NCBI RefSeq assembly: GCF_000392435.1
Contig: NC_021219.1
Coordinates: 960,001-992,000 of the forward strand
DNA: 32,000 nucleotides
Origin: Candidatus Saccharimonas aalborgensis
GTDB taxonomy: Bacteria; Patescibacteriota; Saccharimonadia; Saccharimonadales; Saccharimonadaceae
Direction: 5' to 3'
Position numbers and translations under genes: made by a program. The notes beneath the pieces are model-generated. The model was not told the DNA's origin. It did not search any database and was given only the letters and a program-made list of their open reading frames with translations. Below are positions 1 to 10,150 of the stretch, piece by piece (the first letter of the stretch is position 1; every line of letters begins with the position of its first letter).

Positions 1-1436
1 TGGTCTGATTTGCTCATGCCAATGCCAGTGTCCTGGACGGAAAACTTGAGTGTAGTATCGGCTGCCTTGACCGATACAAGCACACTGCCCTCTTTGGTGT
101 ATTTGATTGCATTGGTAACAAAGTTTTGCAACAGCTCCTTGAGGTAGAGACGGCTGGCTACCACTTCACCAAGGCCAGGATCAAGGTCAAGATTAAACTT
201 GAGGCCTTTTGTCTCGGCTTGAGGCGCGTATTCATTGTAGAGATCGTGGATGAGATCGCTCACATTGATAGACTCAGGTGCATCCGCGACACCACGTTCG
301 GCACGGCTGAGGGTACTGAGGTCATTGACCATTTTTGCGAGAAAGAGTACCTGATCGTGGGCGATAGTGACATTGGTTGCGAGCGTGGCTTTTGGAATGT
401 CCTCCCTGGTCATCATGAGCTGAACATTGCTCAGAGTACCCTCAGCAATGGTGATGGGCGTACGTAGCTCATGGCTCACTACCGAGATAAACTCGTCTCG
501 CTCTTCCTCGAGACTTTTTTGTTTTGTTATGTCGCGCAGAATAACAATATAGCCGTCGGTTTCATCGTCACTATCAGTTCCTCTGATAGGCGAGAAAATA
601 ACTGATAGATGGAGTGTTTCCTCTGATATGGTGGCACTGAGGTCATCTCTGGATATGACTCCGCGTGCAGATCGAAATGCACTCGAAAACTTGAAGCGTT
701 TGTTGTCCTTGTCGAGCAAGCGGATTACATCATCAATATGCTTGCCGTTAAGACTTGTATTAGTGTCGAGTAAATTGAGTGTCGCGGCGTTGAATACCTG
801 GATAACACCGTGATTGTCGGTGCTCAATATACCATCGGCAAGGTTATTGACGAGGGTCATGATACGATCACGTTGGTGAGATTCCTCGGATTGACTACGC
901 GCTAATTCGTCTCGGTCTACACGTTGGATCGACATAATTGTCGCTGCAACGTAGCCGACCAGAAGTGTACCGAGAAAGTACATGATATCACGCGCTATGT
1001 ACTCGGCCTGGTCCATAGTCAGTAAAATATCGGCGAGCATGGTGGCAAAAAGCGCCAGGATGCTCAGGTTGAGCCCATCTCTGCCCCAAAAGGTAAATGA
1101 TGCAAGGAGAAGTACTACCCAGGTTGCCATAAATGGCATATCAAGTCCTGAGACAAACAGGATATAGGCAACTGAGAGCGCATGGTACAGCACAAGCCGC
1201 ACGGCAGTATCAAGCCGTGTTTTTGCTGGGACGAGAAACTGGTACACACTCAATATAGCCCAGCCAACAGAGATATACGCAAATGCTGTGAGATTAAACG
1301 GATGCTCGTTTTTGACGGCGCCCATCATGAGAAGCAGCCCATAAAACATCAAAATAACAGGCACCAGAAACCCAGCAAATCGGATCAGTTGCTCGGTACG
1401 CGCGTTGACATTTGGCAGGCCACCCTCGCTCATCAT
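1..1436 (-). CDS. sensor histidine kinase, C-terminal end cut by window edge (multi-TM N-terminus, PAS-like middle, HisKA, HATPase_c)
   Basis: My translation of the reverse strand from ATG at 1436 (MMSEGGLPNV...) stays open to base 1. It contains the H-box SHELRTPITIAEG and the G1 box VQDTGIGM. It is absent from the ORF track because it runs off the window. Confidence 0.85.
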   Translation of the reverse strand, partial: MMSEGGLPNVNARTEQLIRFAGFLVPVILMFYGLLLMMGAVKNEHPFNLTAFAYISVGWAILSVYQFLVPAKTRLDTAVRLVLYHALSVAYILFVSGLDMPFMATWVVLLLASFTFWGRDGLNLSILALFATMLADILLTMDQAEYIARDIMYFLGTLLVGYVAATIMSIQRVDRDELARSQSEESHQRDRIMTLVNNLADGILSTDNHGVIQVFNAATLNLLDTNTSLNGKHIDDVIRLLDKDNKRFKFSSAFRSARGVISRDDLSATISEETLHLSVIFSPIRGTDSDDETDGYIVILRDITKQKSLEEERDEFISVVSHELRTPITIAEGTLSNVQLMMTREDIPKATLATNVTIAHDQVLFLAKMVNDLSTLSRAERGVADAPESINVSDLIHDLYNEYAPQAETKGLKFNLDLDPGLGEVVASRLYLKELLQNFVTNAIKYTKEGSVLVSVKAADTTLKFSVQDTGIGMSKSD

Positions 1437-1472
1437 TCTCTAGTATATCCATAAGCGAGACAAATGAAAAGC

Positions 1473-2171
1473 TTATACTGAGGGCGTTTCGCGGGCAATC
1501 TGTCGTCGATGCAATTTGTAGTGCGGATCGTACTGGCCGACAAGCTGCCAAAATGCCTTTGAGTGGTTCATGTGTCTCGTATGGCAGAGTTCGTGGATGA
1601 TGACATAGTCGATGAGCTCGTCTTTTAGTTTCATCAGGCCGATATTGAGGCTTATTGTGCCCGTCGAGCTACAGCTTCCCCACCGAGTACCTGCATGTGA
1701 GAAGCGAATCCGCTCATAGCTGAGCCCAAGCTGTTCCCCGAGGGTTGACAAGCGATTATTTAGATATGATTTTGCTTCTTTGCGCAACACTATTATGACT
1801 GAGTCGCGAATTAACTGCTGAACGGCTCTCGATTCGAGTGTATGACCAGGGGGTAAATAGACGAGCAGCTTCTTGCGCTCGATTTTTACCTTCGGGTGAT
1901 CAACCATCCCTGTTTTGATAACAGCGATAGTGTGAGTTTTTCCAATAATCGTGCCATCTTGGTAGGTTATTTTTTTTGGTTGCTTAGCTAGAAGTTCGCG
2001 TAAGTCGCCGCGTGATGATGCCACAACGCCTCTTAGGTAGACGAGCGGCGTCATGAGGGGTGCTTTGATCGAGAGCTTGCCTGAGGTATCAACGTGAATA
2101 CGGACACTACGCATGCGGGACGCACGGGTCACGGTGATGTCACCAAACTCTTTATCATGAAGTAGCGCCAT
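1473..2171 (-). CDS. YgjP/DUF45-type (M48-like) metal-dependent hydrolase
   Basis: 232 aa. WGSCS followed by the HExxH motif IIHELCHTRHMNH near the C-terminus, typical of the YgjP/SprT-like family. Confidence 0.75.
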   Translation of the reverse strand: MALLHDKEFGDITVTRASRMRSVRIHVDTSGKLSIKAPLMTPLVYLRGVVASSRGDLRELLAKQPKKITYQDGTIIGKTHTIAVIKTGMVDHPKVKIERKKLLVYLPPGHTLESRAVQQLIRDSVIIVLRKEAKSYLNNRLSTLGEQLGLSYERIRFSHAGTRWGSCSSTGTISLNIGLMKLKDELIDYVIIHELCHTRHMNHSKAFWQLVGQYDPHYKLHRRQIARETPSV

Positions 2172-2180
2172 AAAAAGTAG

Positions 2181-2735
2181 CTACCGCTTCTGGCTAATAG
2201 ATGCGGGTACGGGTTCGTCGCGAACAGCGATGACCCTTGAAGCACGTTCTTTTGTCAATCGACTAAGCACGGCTTTGACTTGCGTCGCGTAGGTGTGTTT
2301 ACCACTGATGACAACAGGTGTTTCAGACGGATGCGGCGGGCTAAACTTTCGAGCAATTTCGTCGTAGTCACCTGGCGTCATATCGTATGCCTTGAGAGTA
2401 CGATCTTGGGCTGTTTCGCTGTCAACCTGCACCCATACGATGACAGGCTTGTAGCCATGCTTTCGCACCCATTTGCAAAACTCGGTGCGGACAGTCCTCG
2501 AATCGGTGAATCCCTCATACACAAAACTCTGACCAGTTTTGACGATTTCGTTGGCAACGATTGCAGTGATTGCCTGTAAGGATGGCGTGTCTTTGGTAAA
2601 AGAAGCAAAGGCGCGACTATCGATACACGGCATATGAAACGTCTCAGCAAACTGTTTGGCAAAAAAGCTTTTTCCACTCCCAGGAAGCCCTACCATCATG
2701 ATCGCATGAGGATCGGTAAGATGTAATGATCTCAT
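2181..2735 (-). CDS. P-loop NTPase, kinase-like (AAA_33-like)
   Basis: 184 aa. Walker A GLPGSGKS close to the N-terminus. No further family assignment possible by eye. Confidence 0.55.
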   Translation of the reverse strand: MRSLHLTDPHAIMMVGLPGSGKSFFAKQFAETFHMPCIDSRAFASFTKDTPSLQAITAIVANEIVKTGQSFVYEGFTDSRTVRTEFCKWVRKHGYKPVIVWVQVDSETAQDRTLKAYDMTPGDYDEIARKFSPPHPSETPVVISGKHTYATQVKAVLSRLTKERASRVIAVRDEPVPASISQKR

Positions 2736-2863
2736 ACGATTTAGTATAGCAGATTTCTCTCAGGTGTAAGCATGAGCGATATAGTTATTATATAAAGTTG
2801 ACTGTACTCAAAGAAAGTGAGAAAATGGTAGTGATATCTGTACATGATAGTGAGGAGGCGTGT

Positions 2864-4462
2864 ATGAAACTAGCAAGAGCAGTTATTATTGGAGGCATCG
2901 TAGCGTTGTTGTCGCTCGTTGTACTCGGACATCTTGAGGGTGATAATGCCCTAGCGCTCAACCCAAGTGCGAGAGACTGTGACAACAATTCGATTATCTA
3001 TTGTGGTGCTATTACGCCTGATGAGCTAGCCACAAAATATGCTCAAAATAAAACCGGTGATTTGCCTGCTCTGTATAGCCATTATGGTATCAGCGCGACG
3101 ATGATCAACGCAAAGTCTCAAAAACAAGGCTATGTTACAAAAGCCGGCGACGTCTACTACAACGGCAAAGTTGTCGCAAAAAAAGCCATCAGCGTGGGCC
3201 GGCAGTACAATACCGGTAGTTGGGCGGTTGGCATCGACGGTCGCACCTATTATGAGCGCTATACTGGCACAAATTACGCTGCCGGAGTTGACGCGATCGC
3301 CGTTCATATTTGGTTCGATGCTAATGGCAAGTTTGTCGCCGCGGTTATGTACTCATGTGGCAATGCGCTTATCGCAACGCCTGTCGAAGTACCGACCGTC
3401 GCCTGTGACACGCTCACTGTTGAAAAGATCAGCCGTACACAATATCGTTTGACCGGCAAAGCACACGCAACTGGGGGTGCTACCATTAAGGCGATTCACT
3501 ATTATGCATTTGACTCAGTTAGCAAGCCAGTGGTGGGAGTAGCAGGTCCCGATGGACAGTCGACAAGCACCGTGACAATGACCATTCCTAATCCCGGAAC
3601 CTATAAGCTTCAAGCGATTGCTCTCACGAGTATGGGCAATACATCGAGCGATGGGTGTACCAAATCTGTCGTTGTCGATCAAGAACCCTGCCCTATTCCG
3701 GGCAAAGAGAATTTGCCAAAGAACAGCCCGCAATGTGTCGAGGATAAGCCCGGTGTTTCGATCACAAAGATGGTCAACAATGCCGAGCATCAGACGGTCC
3801 TTGTTGGTAGTATCTATGAGTATGAGATTTCAGTAAAAAATACCGGCAATGTGCCGCTCAAAGATGTTGTTGTGACTGATACGGCGCCGGCGGGGGTTGC
3901 CTTTATTTCAGCCAGTAGTGGTGAGATAACGGGCGGCACATGGCGCAACACGCTACCTACACTCGCTGTTGGCGAGTCACTCAGTTTCACCATTGCGGCA
4001 AAGATCGCCGCGTACAAGGCTGGTGTCATCAAGAACATTGCTTGTGTTGAAACGCCGACTGTACCTGGCGGCAATCCGGATGATTGTGACGATGCGACGG
4101 TCGAGACAGTTCGCATGATTGACGTGTGCGATTTGCGTTCACACACGATTGTTCGGATTAATGAAAAAGACTTTAATGGTGATCACATGACAAAAGACGT
4201 GTCGCAATGTGAAGACCTCAAGGTCTGTCGTCTGAGCGACAAGACAGTCGTTACTATCAAGAAAAGTCAATTTGACGCTCAGCTTTACTCAAAAACGCTC
4301 AATGACTGTGTGCCTAAGCCTCAGCCTACTCCCCCCGTAACTCCACCCACCGTCGAACTTCCTCATACCGGTATCATCGATACGTTCGGGAGCAGTCTTG
4401 GACTTGGAAGCCTGGTTGGTGCAAGTCACTACTACGTTGCGAGCCGTCGGTCGGTGCGTTAG
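2864..4462 (+). CDS. LPxTG-type sortase-anchored surface protein with DUF11/CARDB-like repeat
   Basis: The track ORF starts at 2798. The ATG at 2864 has GAGGAGG 6 nt upstream and opens with a signal/TM segment, MKLARAVIIGGIVALLSLVVLG. The C-terminus has LPHTG (4358-4372), a hydrophobic stretch and an RRSVR tail. The middle has a DUF11-like segment, ISVKNTGNVPLKDVVVTD. Confidence 0.75.
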   Translation: MKLARAVIIGGIVALLSLVVLGHLEGDNALALNPSARDCDNNSIIYCGAITPDELATKYAQNKTGDLPALYSHYGISATMINAKSQKQGYVTKAGDVYYNGKVVAKKAISVGRQYNTGSWAVGIDGRTYYERYTGTNYAAGVDAIAVHIWFDANGKFVAAVMYSCGNALIATPVEVPTVACDTLTVEKISRTQYRLTGKAHATGGATIKAIHYYAFDSVSKPVVGVAGPDGQSTSTVTMTIPNPGTYKLQAIALTSMGNTSSDGCTKSVVVDQEPCPIPGKENLPKNSPQCVEDKPGVSITKMVNNAEHQTVLVGSIYEYEISVKNTGNVPLKDVVVTDTAPAGVAFISASSGEITGGTWRNTLPTLAVGESLSFTIAAKIAAYKAGVIKNIACVETPTVPGGNPDDCDDATVETVRMIDVCDLRSHTIVRINEKDFNGDHMTKDVSQCEDLKVCRLSDKTVVTIKKSQFDAQLYSKTLNDCVPKPQPTPPVTPPTVELPHTGIIDTFGSSLGLGSLVGASHYYVASRRSVR

Positions 4463-4491
4463 TCCGGTGTGGTAAATACAAGCAAAAAATT

Positions 4492-4566
4492 TGGCAGGGG
4501 AGACAGGACTCGAACCTGCAACCAACGGTTTTGGAGACCGCTACTCTACCATTGAGCCACTCCCCT
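4492..4566 (-). tRNA. tRNA-Trp (anticodon CCA), CCA end encoded
   Basis: Hand-folded cloverleaf. Acceptor aggggag/ctcccct, anticodon arm gcggt-CTCCAAA-accgt, T arm gcagg-ttcgagt-cctgt. Confidence 0.9.
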
Positions 4567-4668
4567 CTACGAACACATATTGTAACAGAAAAGCCCCAAC
4601 CTCACTAGCTGAGATTTCCACAGATTCAAGAATGCTTAAAAATTAAGTCATATTTTTTGTACAATCTG

Positions 4669-4698
4669 TTGCAAAAGATACGACGCACAGCGTATACT
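4669..4698 (+). promoter_or_regulatory. candidate sigma70-type promoter of the glucan operon
   Basis: TTGCAA (4669-4674), 18-nt spacer, TATACT (4693-4698). Lies 64 nt upstream of the ATG at 4762. Confidence 0.4.
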
Positions 4699-4761
4699 GG
4701 TTATGAATACTTCTAATCAACACGAGAGGGGTACGTTAGGCAGGCCGTCTAATCTATAAAC

Positions 4762-5991
4762 ATGAACATACTGATGCTAGGGTGGGAGCTTCCACCTCAC
4801 TATGTCGGAGGTATGGGTGTCGTCTGTGACCAACTTACCAAACAAATGGTCGCTGATGGTGCTGATATCGAATTTGTTCTGCCTTTTAGGGCTGATTTTT
4901 CGGCTATCACGCACATGAAGGTGACGGCGGCAATAGATCAAGATGCGGAAACCTTGATGAAAAGCGGCGGTACCTACGATTCGACGAAGTTTGAGGTGAT
5001 TCGAAAGGACGGATCGAGCCAGATACGGACACTGTATGAGCAGGTCAACGCCTTTGCGCAAAACATCGGTCACGCTGTCGATTTTGGACGATTTGATGTT
5101 ATTCACGTTCACGACTGGTTGACGCTTCGTGCGGGTATCGAGGCAAAGCGCCAGAGCGGGCTCCCCCTCTTTGTGCATATTCATGCTACCGAGTACGATC
5201 GTGCTGGCGGTAAAGAGGGTAACCCACTGGTACGTGAAATTGAATATATCGGGTTACACATGGCGGACCATGTCTTTGCCGTTAGCGAACGCACCAAGCA
5301 AACCCTCATCGATCAGTATGATATTCCTGCCGAAAAGATTACGGTCGCGCGTAATGTCATGGAGATATCGCCCAAGCTCATCAATGAGTCACGTGAGACC
5401 TATCAGTACATCCAGGCGATGCGCGATGAGGGCTATAAGGTTGTGGTAAATGCAGGGCGGATGACTGTCCAAAAAGGTCTGGTGTTTTTGCTTCAAACGG
5501 CACGCCAAGTAATCGATCGAAACCCCAAAACGCTCTTTCTTTTTGTTGGTGGCGGCGAACAGATACCGGAGCTGCAACAGATAGCCAGTGATCTTGGCAT
5601 CGCAAAAAACGTTATTTTCACGGGACGAGTTGAAGGAATCGGCAAAGCATGGCGCGATGCATTTCGCGTCTCAGACTTGTATGTCATGCCTTCTGTCTCT
5701 GAGCCTCTCGGTATGGTCCCCTATGAAGCAATCTCCTACGGTACTCCCGCGCTTGTGTCGCGACAGTCTGGTATCAGCGAAGCGCTTGTCAATGTGCTCA
5801 AGGCTGATTATTGGGATACTCACCGCATGGCCGATCAGATAATAGCTGTTCTCACCCACCAATCGCTCCATGATACCCTGCTCAAAAATGCGCAGGAGGA
5901 GATCACGCGTCATACATGGGCCCCTGTTTCAAGCACAATTAAGAGACAGTATCACCATGTCATCAACCTCAGGAAAGGACAACCATCATGA
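4762..5991 (+). CDS. glycosyltransferase, glycogen-synthase-like (GT4/GT5 type)
   Basis: 409 aa. N-terminus MNILMLGWELPPHYVGGMGVV and GT-B style C-terminal half (PSVSEPLGMVPYEA). First gene of an operon with GH57 and GH15. Confidence 0.7.
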   Translation: MNILMLGWELPPHYVGGMGVVCDQLTKQMVADGADIEFVLPFRADFSAITHMKVTAAIDQDAETLMKSGGTYDSTKFEVIRKDGSSQIRTLYEQVNAFAQNIGHAVDFGRFDVIHVHDWLTLRAGIEAKRQSGLPLFVHIHATEYDRAGGKEGNPLVREIEYIGLHMADHVFAVSERTKQTLIDQYDIPAEKITVARNVMEISPKLINESRETYQYIQAMRDEGYKVVVNAGRMTVQKGLVFLLQTARQVIDRNPKTLFLFVGGGEQIPELQQIASDLGIAKNVIFTGRVEGIGKAWRDAFRVSDLYVMPSVSEPLGMVPYEAISYGTPALVSRQSGISEALVNVLKADYWDTHRMADQIIAVLTHQSLHDTLLKNAQEEITRHTWAPVSSTIKRQYHHVINLRKGQPS

Positions 5992-7238
5992 GTCAACGAG
6001 CGATTGTGCTCTACATGCACGTACATCAACCGTTTCGTATTCGTCCCTATAGTATCTTTGACGCAGGTACTGATCATAATTATTTTGATGCTCCCGACGG
6101 GTCGCGAACCAGCAACCGCGATATCTTGCTGAAAGTTGCTGAGAAATCGTATATCCCGACGAACGAATACCTTATGCGGATGATCGAAACATATCCGGAG
6201 TTTCGTTTATCTATCTCTATTACCGGTACTATCATCGAACAGTTTGAACGGTATGCTCCTGAGGTTTTGGAAAGTTTCCAGCGTCTGGTTGCAACAGGCC
6301 GTGTCGAAATTGTTGCCGAAACCTATTATCATAGTCTGGCTTTTTTCTACGACCGTGATGAGTTTCAGCGTCAAGTTGACATGCATCGACAGAAAATTGA
6401 GGAAGTGTTTGGAGTGACACCAACTGCGTTCCGAAATACAGAGCTTGCCTACAATAATGATCTTGCAGCATGGGCAGACAATGCTGGATACAAAGTAATT
6501 TTGAGCGAAGGATGGGATCCGGTGTTGGGTTGGCGTAGTCCAAACTTTGTTTATCGCCCGACCGGCACCCAGACTATTAGACTGCTGACAAAGAATTACA
6601 AGCTAAGTGATGATATCGCCTTTCGATTTAGTAACCGCGAGTGGAATGAGTTTCCGCTGACAGTCGATAAGTATATGGACTGGGTAAACGTGTCGTGGCG
6701 AGAGCCGCTCATCAATCTATTTATGGATTATGAGACATTTGGTGAGCATCAGTGGGCGGATAGTGGCATTTTTGAGTTTATGGAGGAGTTGCCAAAACAA
6801 TGGTTAGCAAAACACGATCATACATTTATGACAGTAAGCGAAGCTGCTGAGGCGTTTGAGGCAGTGGATGTTGTCGATTGCCCCGAAACCATAACATGGG
6901 CAGATACAGAGCGTGATCTGACGGCGTGGCTTGGCAATCAAATGCAGCAAGAAGCGATGAAATTTGTCTATGAACTTGGTCCAAAGGTGCTTGCTAGCGA
7001 CAACCTCGAACTCATCGGCGATTGGCGTAAATTGCAGACGAGTGACAACCCGTATTATATGTGTACAAAATATTTCAAAGATGGCGATGTGCACGCCTAC
7101 TTCAGTCCGTATGAATCACCCTATGATGCCTTCATGTATTATATGAATGCCCTTCATGATGTGCAGGCACGGCTGAGTCAGACCGCAGAAGAGCTAAAGG
7201 TGGAAGAGACGGATGGCGAGACCAATTGTACTGAGTAA
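5988..7238 (+). CDS. glycoside hydrolase family 57 protein (alpha-glucan acting)
   Basis: 416 aa. GH57 region-1 HQP motif (LYMHVHQPFR), TELAY and DYETFGEH regions. Start overlaps the upstream stop (ATGA). Confidence 0.75.
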   Translation: MSQRAIVLYMHVHQPFRIRPYSIFDAGTDHNYFDAPDGSRTSNRDILLKVAEKSYIPTNEYLMRMIETYPEFRLSISITGTIIEQFERYAPEVLESFQRLVATGRVEIVAETYYHSLAFFYDRDEFQRQVDMHRQKIEEVFGVTPTAFRNTELAYNNDLAAWADNAGYKVILSEGWDPVLGWRSPNFVYRPTGTQTIRLLTKNYKLSDDIAFRFSNREWNEFPLTVDKYMDWVNVSWREPLINLFMDYETFGEHQWADSGIFEFMEELPKQWLAKHDHTFMTVSEAAEAFEAVDVVDCPETITWADTERDLTAWLGNQMQQEAMKFVYELGPKVLASDNLELIGDWRKLQTSDNPYYMCTKYFKDGDVHAYFSPYESPYDAFMYYMNALHDVQARLSQTAEELKVEETDGETNCTE

Positions 7239-9165
7239 TGGTGAACTCCATGTTGGTATCAATAAGTACGCGCTTGTCCATGACTTCTATTACCCGTATG
7301 TTGGGTTAGAAAACCATGCTGCAGGACGCTCGCTTCGCCACCATGTCGGCATATGGGCGGATGGCACGATCTCATGGCTCGATGACGATACGTGGGAGTT
7401 TGACTATAGCTATCCTCACCAGGCACTTATAGGACACATCGTGGCGCGAAACCACACGTTAGGTATCATACTTGAGTTTGATGATACCGTTGATGCTGAG
7501 ATGAGTGTATTTATGCGAAACGTACACATTATCAATATGCGTGAAACTGTACGTGATCTTCGACTGTTTTTTCATCAAGCGTTTGTGATAGGTGACTCAC
7601 GCAGCAATACTGACACCGCTCAATATTTGCCGGATGCCGATGCGATATTGCATTATCGCGGACGCCGTGCATTTATTGTTTCGGCCCAGGACGACAATCA
7701 TGCCGTCTTTGATCAGTACAGTATCGGGCTATTTGATATCGAAGGCAGAGAAGGTACGTTTCGTGATGCTGACGACGGTGAACTTAGCATGTGCCCAGTT
7801 GAGCACGGTCGAGTTGACTCAACGATACGATTTAAGCTTGACCTGCAACCACATAGTTCGCTACGTGTGCACTATTGGATCGCATGCGGTTCGTCTACGA
7901 GAGAAGCCCTTTATATCCATCGTCAAGTGGCAAAACAAGGCATCAACGCACGGCTTGATCGCACCAACAAATGGTGGCATGAATGGCTCAAACCAGCCAA
8001 GGCTACCGCCGAAAAAATTGATGCTGCGCATCGCGACATGTTCATTAAATCAGTGATGCTCGTTAAGTCTCATATCGATAAACGCGGAGCAGTTATCGCC
8101 AGTACCGACACGGCCATGCTCAACTATTGGCGAGATGCCTATGGGTATTGTTGGCCGCGCGATGGGGCCTACGCACTCTGGCCACTAATCCGAATGGGTT
8201 ATAAAGACGAGGCTTACCGTTTCTTTGAGTTTTGCCGCCGTGGGCTGAGCTCTGGTGGCTATCTGATGCATAAGTATCGTGCCGACGGTGCACTGGGGAG
8301 TAGTTGGCATCCCTATGTCCATGAACATGGCGTGGTTGCGCCCCCAATTCAGGAGGATGAGACTGCGCTGACGCTGTTTGTATTTAGCCAATATTATCAC
8401 CTTCATGAAGATGAGAATCTGCTCAAAGAGTTTTATGAACCAATGATTTTGCCAATGGCAAATTTTTTGGCATCATATATCGATACTCGGACTGGGCTTC
8501 CAAAGCCGACCTATGATCTGTGGGAGGAAACATTTATCACTTCGACATATACGACGGCCGTGGTTTATGCGGCACTTCAGGCAGCCGCCGATTTGGCTGA
8601 GAAGCGTGATGATGCGGATAGTGTTGTCGCCTGGAGGGCGGCGGCTGATGATATCCGCTTGGCTGCGGTGAAGCATTTGTACAATGCTGACGTTGGAGTG
8701 TTTCGAAAGGGTCTTATAGTCAACGAAGCCGATGAGGTTGTATACAATGAGACAATTGATCTATCGAGCTTTTTTGGGTCATTTATGTTTGGGCTATTCG
8801 CCGTTGATAGCGATGAAGTAAGTCAATCGGCCAAAACAATCCAGCGCGTCTTTGGTCTTGATCAAGCCCACCCAGGTGTTCCTCGATATCAAAACGATAA
8901 CTATCGTCGTGCCCATGCGGAGACACCAGGAAATCTTTGGTTCGTTACCTCATTGTGGATGGCCCAATATTACCTCGAGACAAGTTTACCCGACGAAGCG
9001 ATGAATGTACTCAACTGGGTACGCGATTCGGCGTGGGCAACAGGCGTGATGACGGAACAACTCGACCCTCTCACACACAGAGAAGTATCGATTGCCCCCC
9101 TAACATGGAGTCAGGCTGAGTATCTGTCGACTCTCCTCGATACCATTCCCGAGGCGGTCGTATGA
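7213..9165 (+). CDS. glycoside hydrolase family 15 protein (glucoamylase/glucodextranase-like)
   Basis: 650 aa. YCWPRDGAYALWP and an (alpha/alpha)6-type C-terminal half ending PLTWSQAEY. Confidence 0.75.
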   Translation: MARPIVLSNGELHVGINKYALVHDFYYPYVGLENHAAGRSLRHHVGIWADGTISWLDDDTWEFDYSYPHQALIGHIVARNHTLGIILEFDDTVDAEMSVFMRNVHIINMRETVRDLRLFFHQAFVIGDSRSNTDTAQYLPDADAILHYRGRRAFIVSAQDDNHAVFDQYSIGLFDIEGREGTFRDADDGELSMCPVEHGRVDSTIRFKLDLQPHSSLRVHYWIACGSSTREALYIHRQVAKQGINARLDRTNKWWHEWLKPAKATAEKIDAAHRDMFIKSVMLVKSHIDKRGAVIASTDTAMLNYWRDAYGYCWPRDGAYALWPLIRMGYKDEAYRFFEFCRRGLSSGGYLMHKYRADGALGSSWHPYVHEHGVVAPPIQEDETALTLFVFSQYYHLHEDENLLKEFYEPMILPMANFLASYIDTRTGLPKPTYDLWEETFITSTYTTAVVYAALQAAADLAEKRDDADSVVAWRAAADDIRLAAVKHLYNADVGVFRKGLIVNEADEVVYNETIDLSSFFGSFMFGLFAVDSDEVSQSAKTIQRVFGLDQAHPGVPRYQNDNYRRAHAETPGNLWFVTSLWMAQYYLETSLPDEAMNVLNWVRDSAWATGVMTEQLDPLTHREVSIAPLTWSQAEYLSTLLDTIPEAVV

Positions 9166-9890
9166 AGCTCAGCAAACGACTTTCGCTCCGAACCAAGCAA
9201 CTACTACGTCACATGACGCCGAGACATGTCGTTCGTTCACGTATTACCCGATCTACGCTACGGCGGTTTGCCGAGAAAGTTGGACTTGTCTATTTTGGTT
9301 ATGTAGATCAACGTGATGATGATCATCGACTGGTGCGAGGGCACACTGTTTCTTCTACTCATGCCGACAATCACTACTGTGTAGGGTCAATTCGTGGCTA
9401 CGATGTTGTCTTGGTGGCTCGCAACGATACTATTCGCGCCAAACACTCACAGACGTATGAGCGCTGCCATTGGCTCATCGCTACAGTTGACCTCCATACC
9501 CGTTATGAGCTTCCTCACTTTTATATCGGACATGGGTCTCGTCGGTCAGCATTCGAAGCATCATTTGAGCAGCTGATTCCCCTGCAAATCGGTACGTTCG
9601 GAACTTACCCGCATGATTTTACGTCAAATTATACGGTCTACGGCATGGCTTCACATGCGCTGGAAATCGAACAAATTATCGTGCCGGGTGTTGCGGGCGT
9701 TATCGCATCGCACTTTCGAAGTGCGAGTATAGAAATCGAAGATAACTGCCTCTACCTCTATATCGAAAGCCAGCACCCCTCAGAAGAAGTGCTGGAAAAA
9801 CTTATATCAAACGCATTATGGCTTGCGGACACGCTCGACACGGCACTTGCGCCGCGTCTCGATGAATCTCCTAGCCCTTACGCGGCTTGA
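9162..9890 (+). CDS. hypothetical protein, fourth gene of the glucan operon
   Basis: 242 aa. Start overlaps the GH15 stop (ATGA at 9162-9165). I recognise no motif. Confidence 0.55.
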   Translation: MKLSKRLSLRTKQLLRHMTPRHVVRSRITRSTLRRFAEKVGLVYFGYVDQRDDDHRLVRGHTVSSTHADNHYCVGSIRGYDVVLVARNDTIRAKHSQTYERCHWLIATVDLHTRYELPHFYIGHGSRRSAFEASFEQLIPLQIGTFGTYPHDFTSNYTVYGMASHALEIEQIIVPGVAGVIASHFRSASIEIEDNCLYLYIESQHPSEEVLEKLISNALWLADTLDTALAPRLDESPSPYAA

Positions 9891-10080
9891 CTTCGTTTCG
9901 ACCCAGAGATTTCTTTGTCTCGACGTAGGTGGCGTGCTTGCGGGCCTTTGGGTCGTATTTCTTGAGCGTTAGTTTATCGGGAGTATTTTGGGTATTTTTG
10001 CGTGTCACATACGTGCGATGACCCGTCAGGTCGCTGACGAGAGCAATGATCTTTCGCTTGGTATTCGTTTTCTTTGCCAT
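9871..10080 (-). CDS. rpmG: 50S ribosomal protein L33 (Cys-less form, C-terminal extension)
   Basis: [54 protein letters not shown] matches the L33 pattern. AAGAGGA lies upstream. Confidence 0.85.
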   Translation of the reverse strand: MAKKTNTKRKIIALVSDLTGHRTYVTRKNTQNTPDKLTLKKYDPKARKHATYVETKKSLGRNEVKPRKG

Positions 10081-10150
10081 AAAATCCTCTTATAGAAACT
10101 GCTATTACAATTCAACTACCAATTTTAGCACTCAACAGAGAAAAAAGCAA

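Noticed and set aside
126-1454. + strand ORFs 126-467, 628-813, 982-1167 and 1182-1454, and - strand 1294-1551
   Set aside because: They overlap the long - strand histidine kinase frame that I translated myself (H-box and HATPase motifs present). Their sequences are low-complexity antisense or alternative-frame shadows.
7592-8056. 154-aa + strand ORF inside the GH15 gene, and similar internal ORFs in the GT/GH57 genes
   Set aside because: These are alternative frames of well-supported enzymes and have no independent signals.
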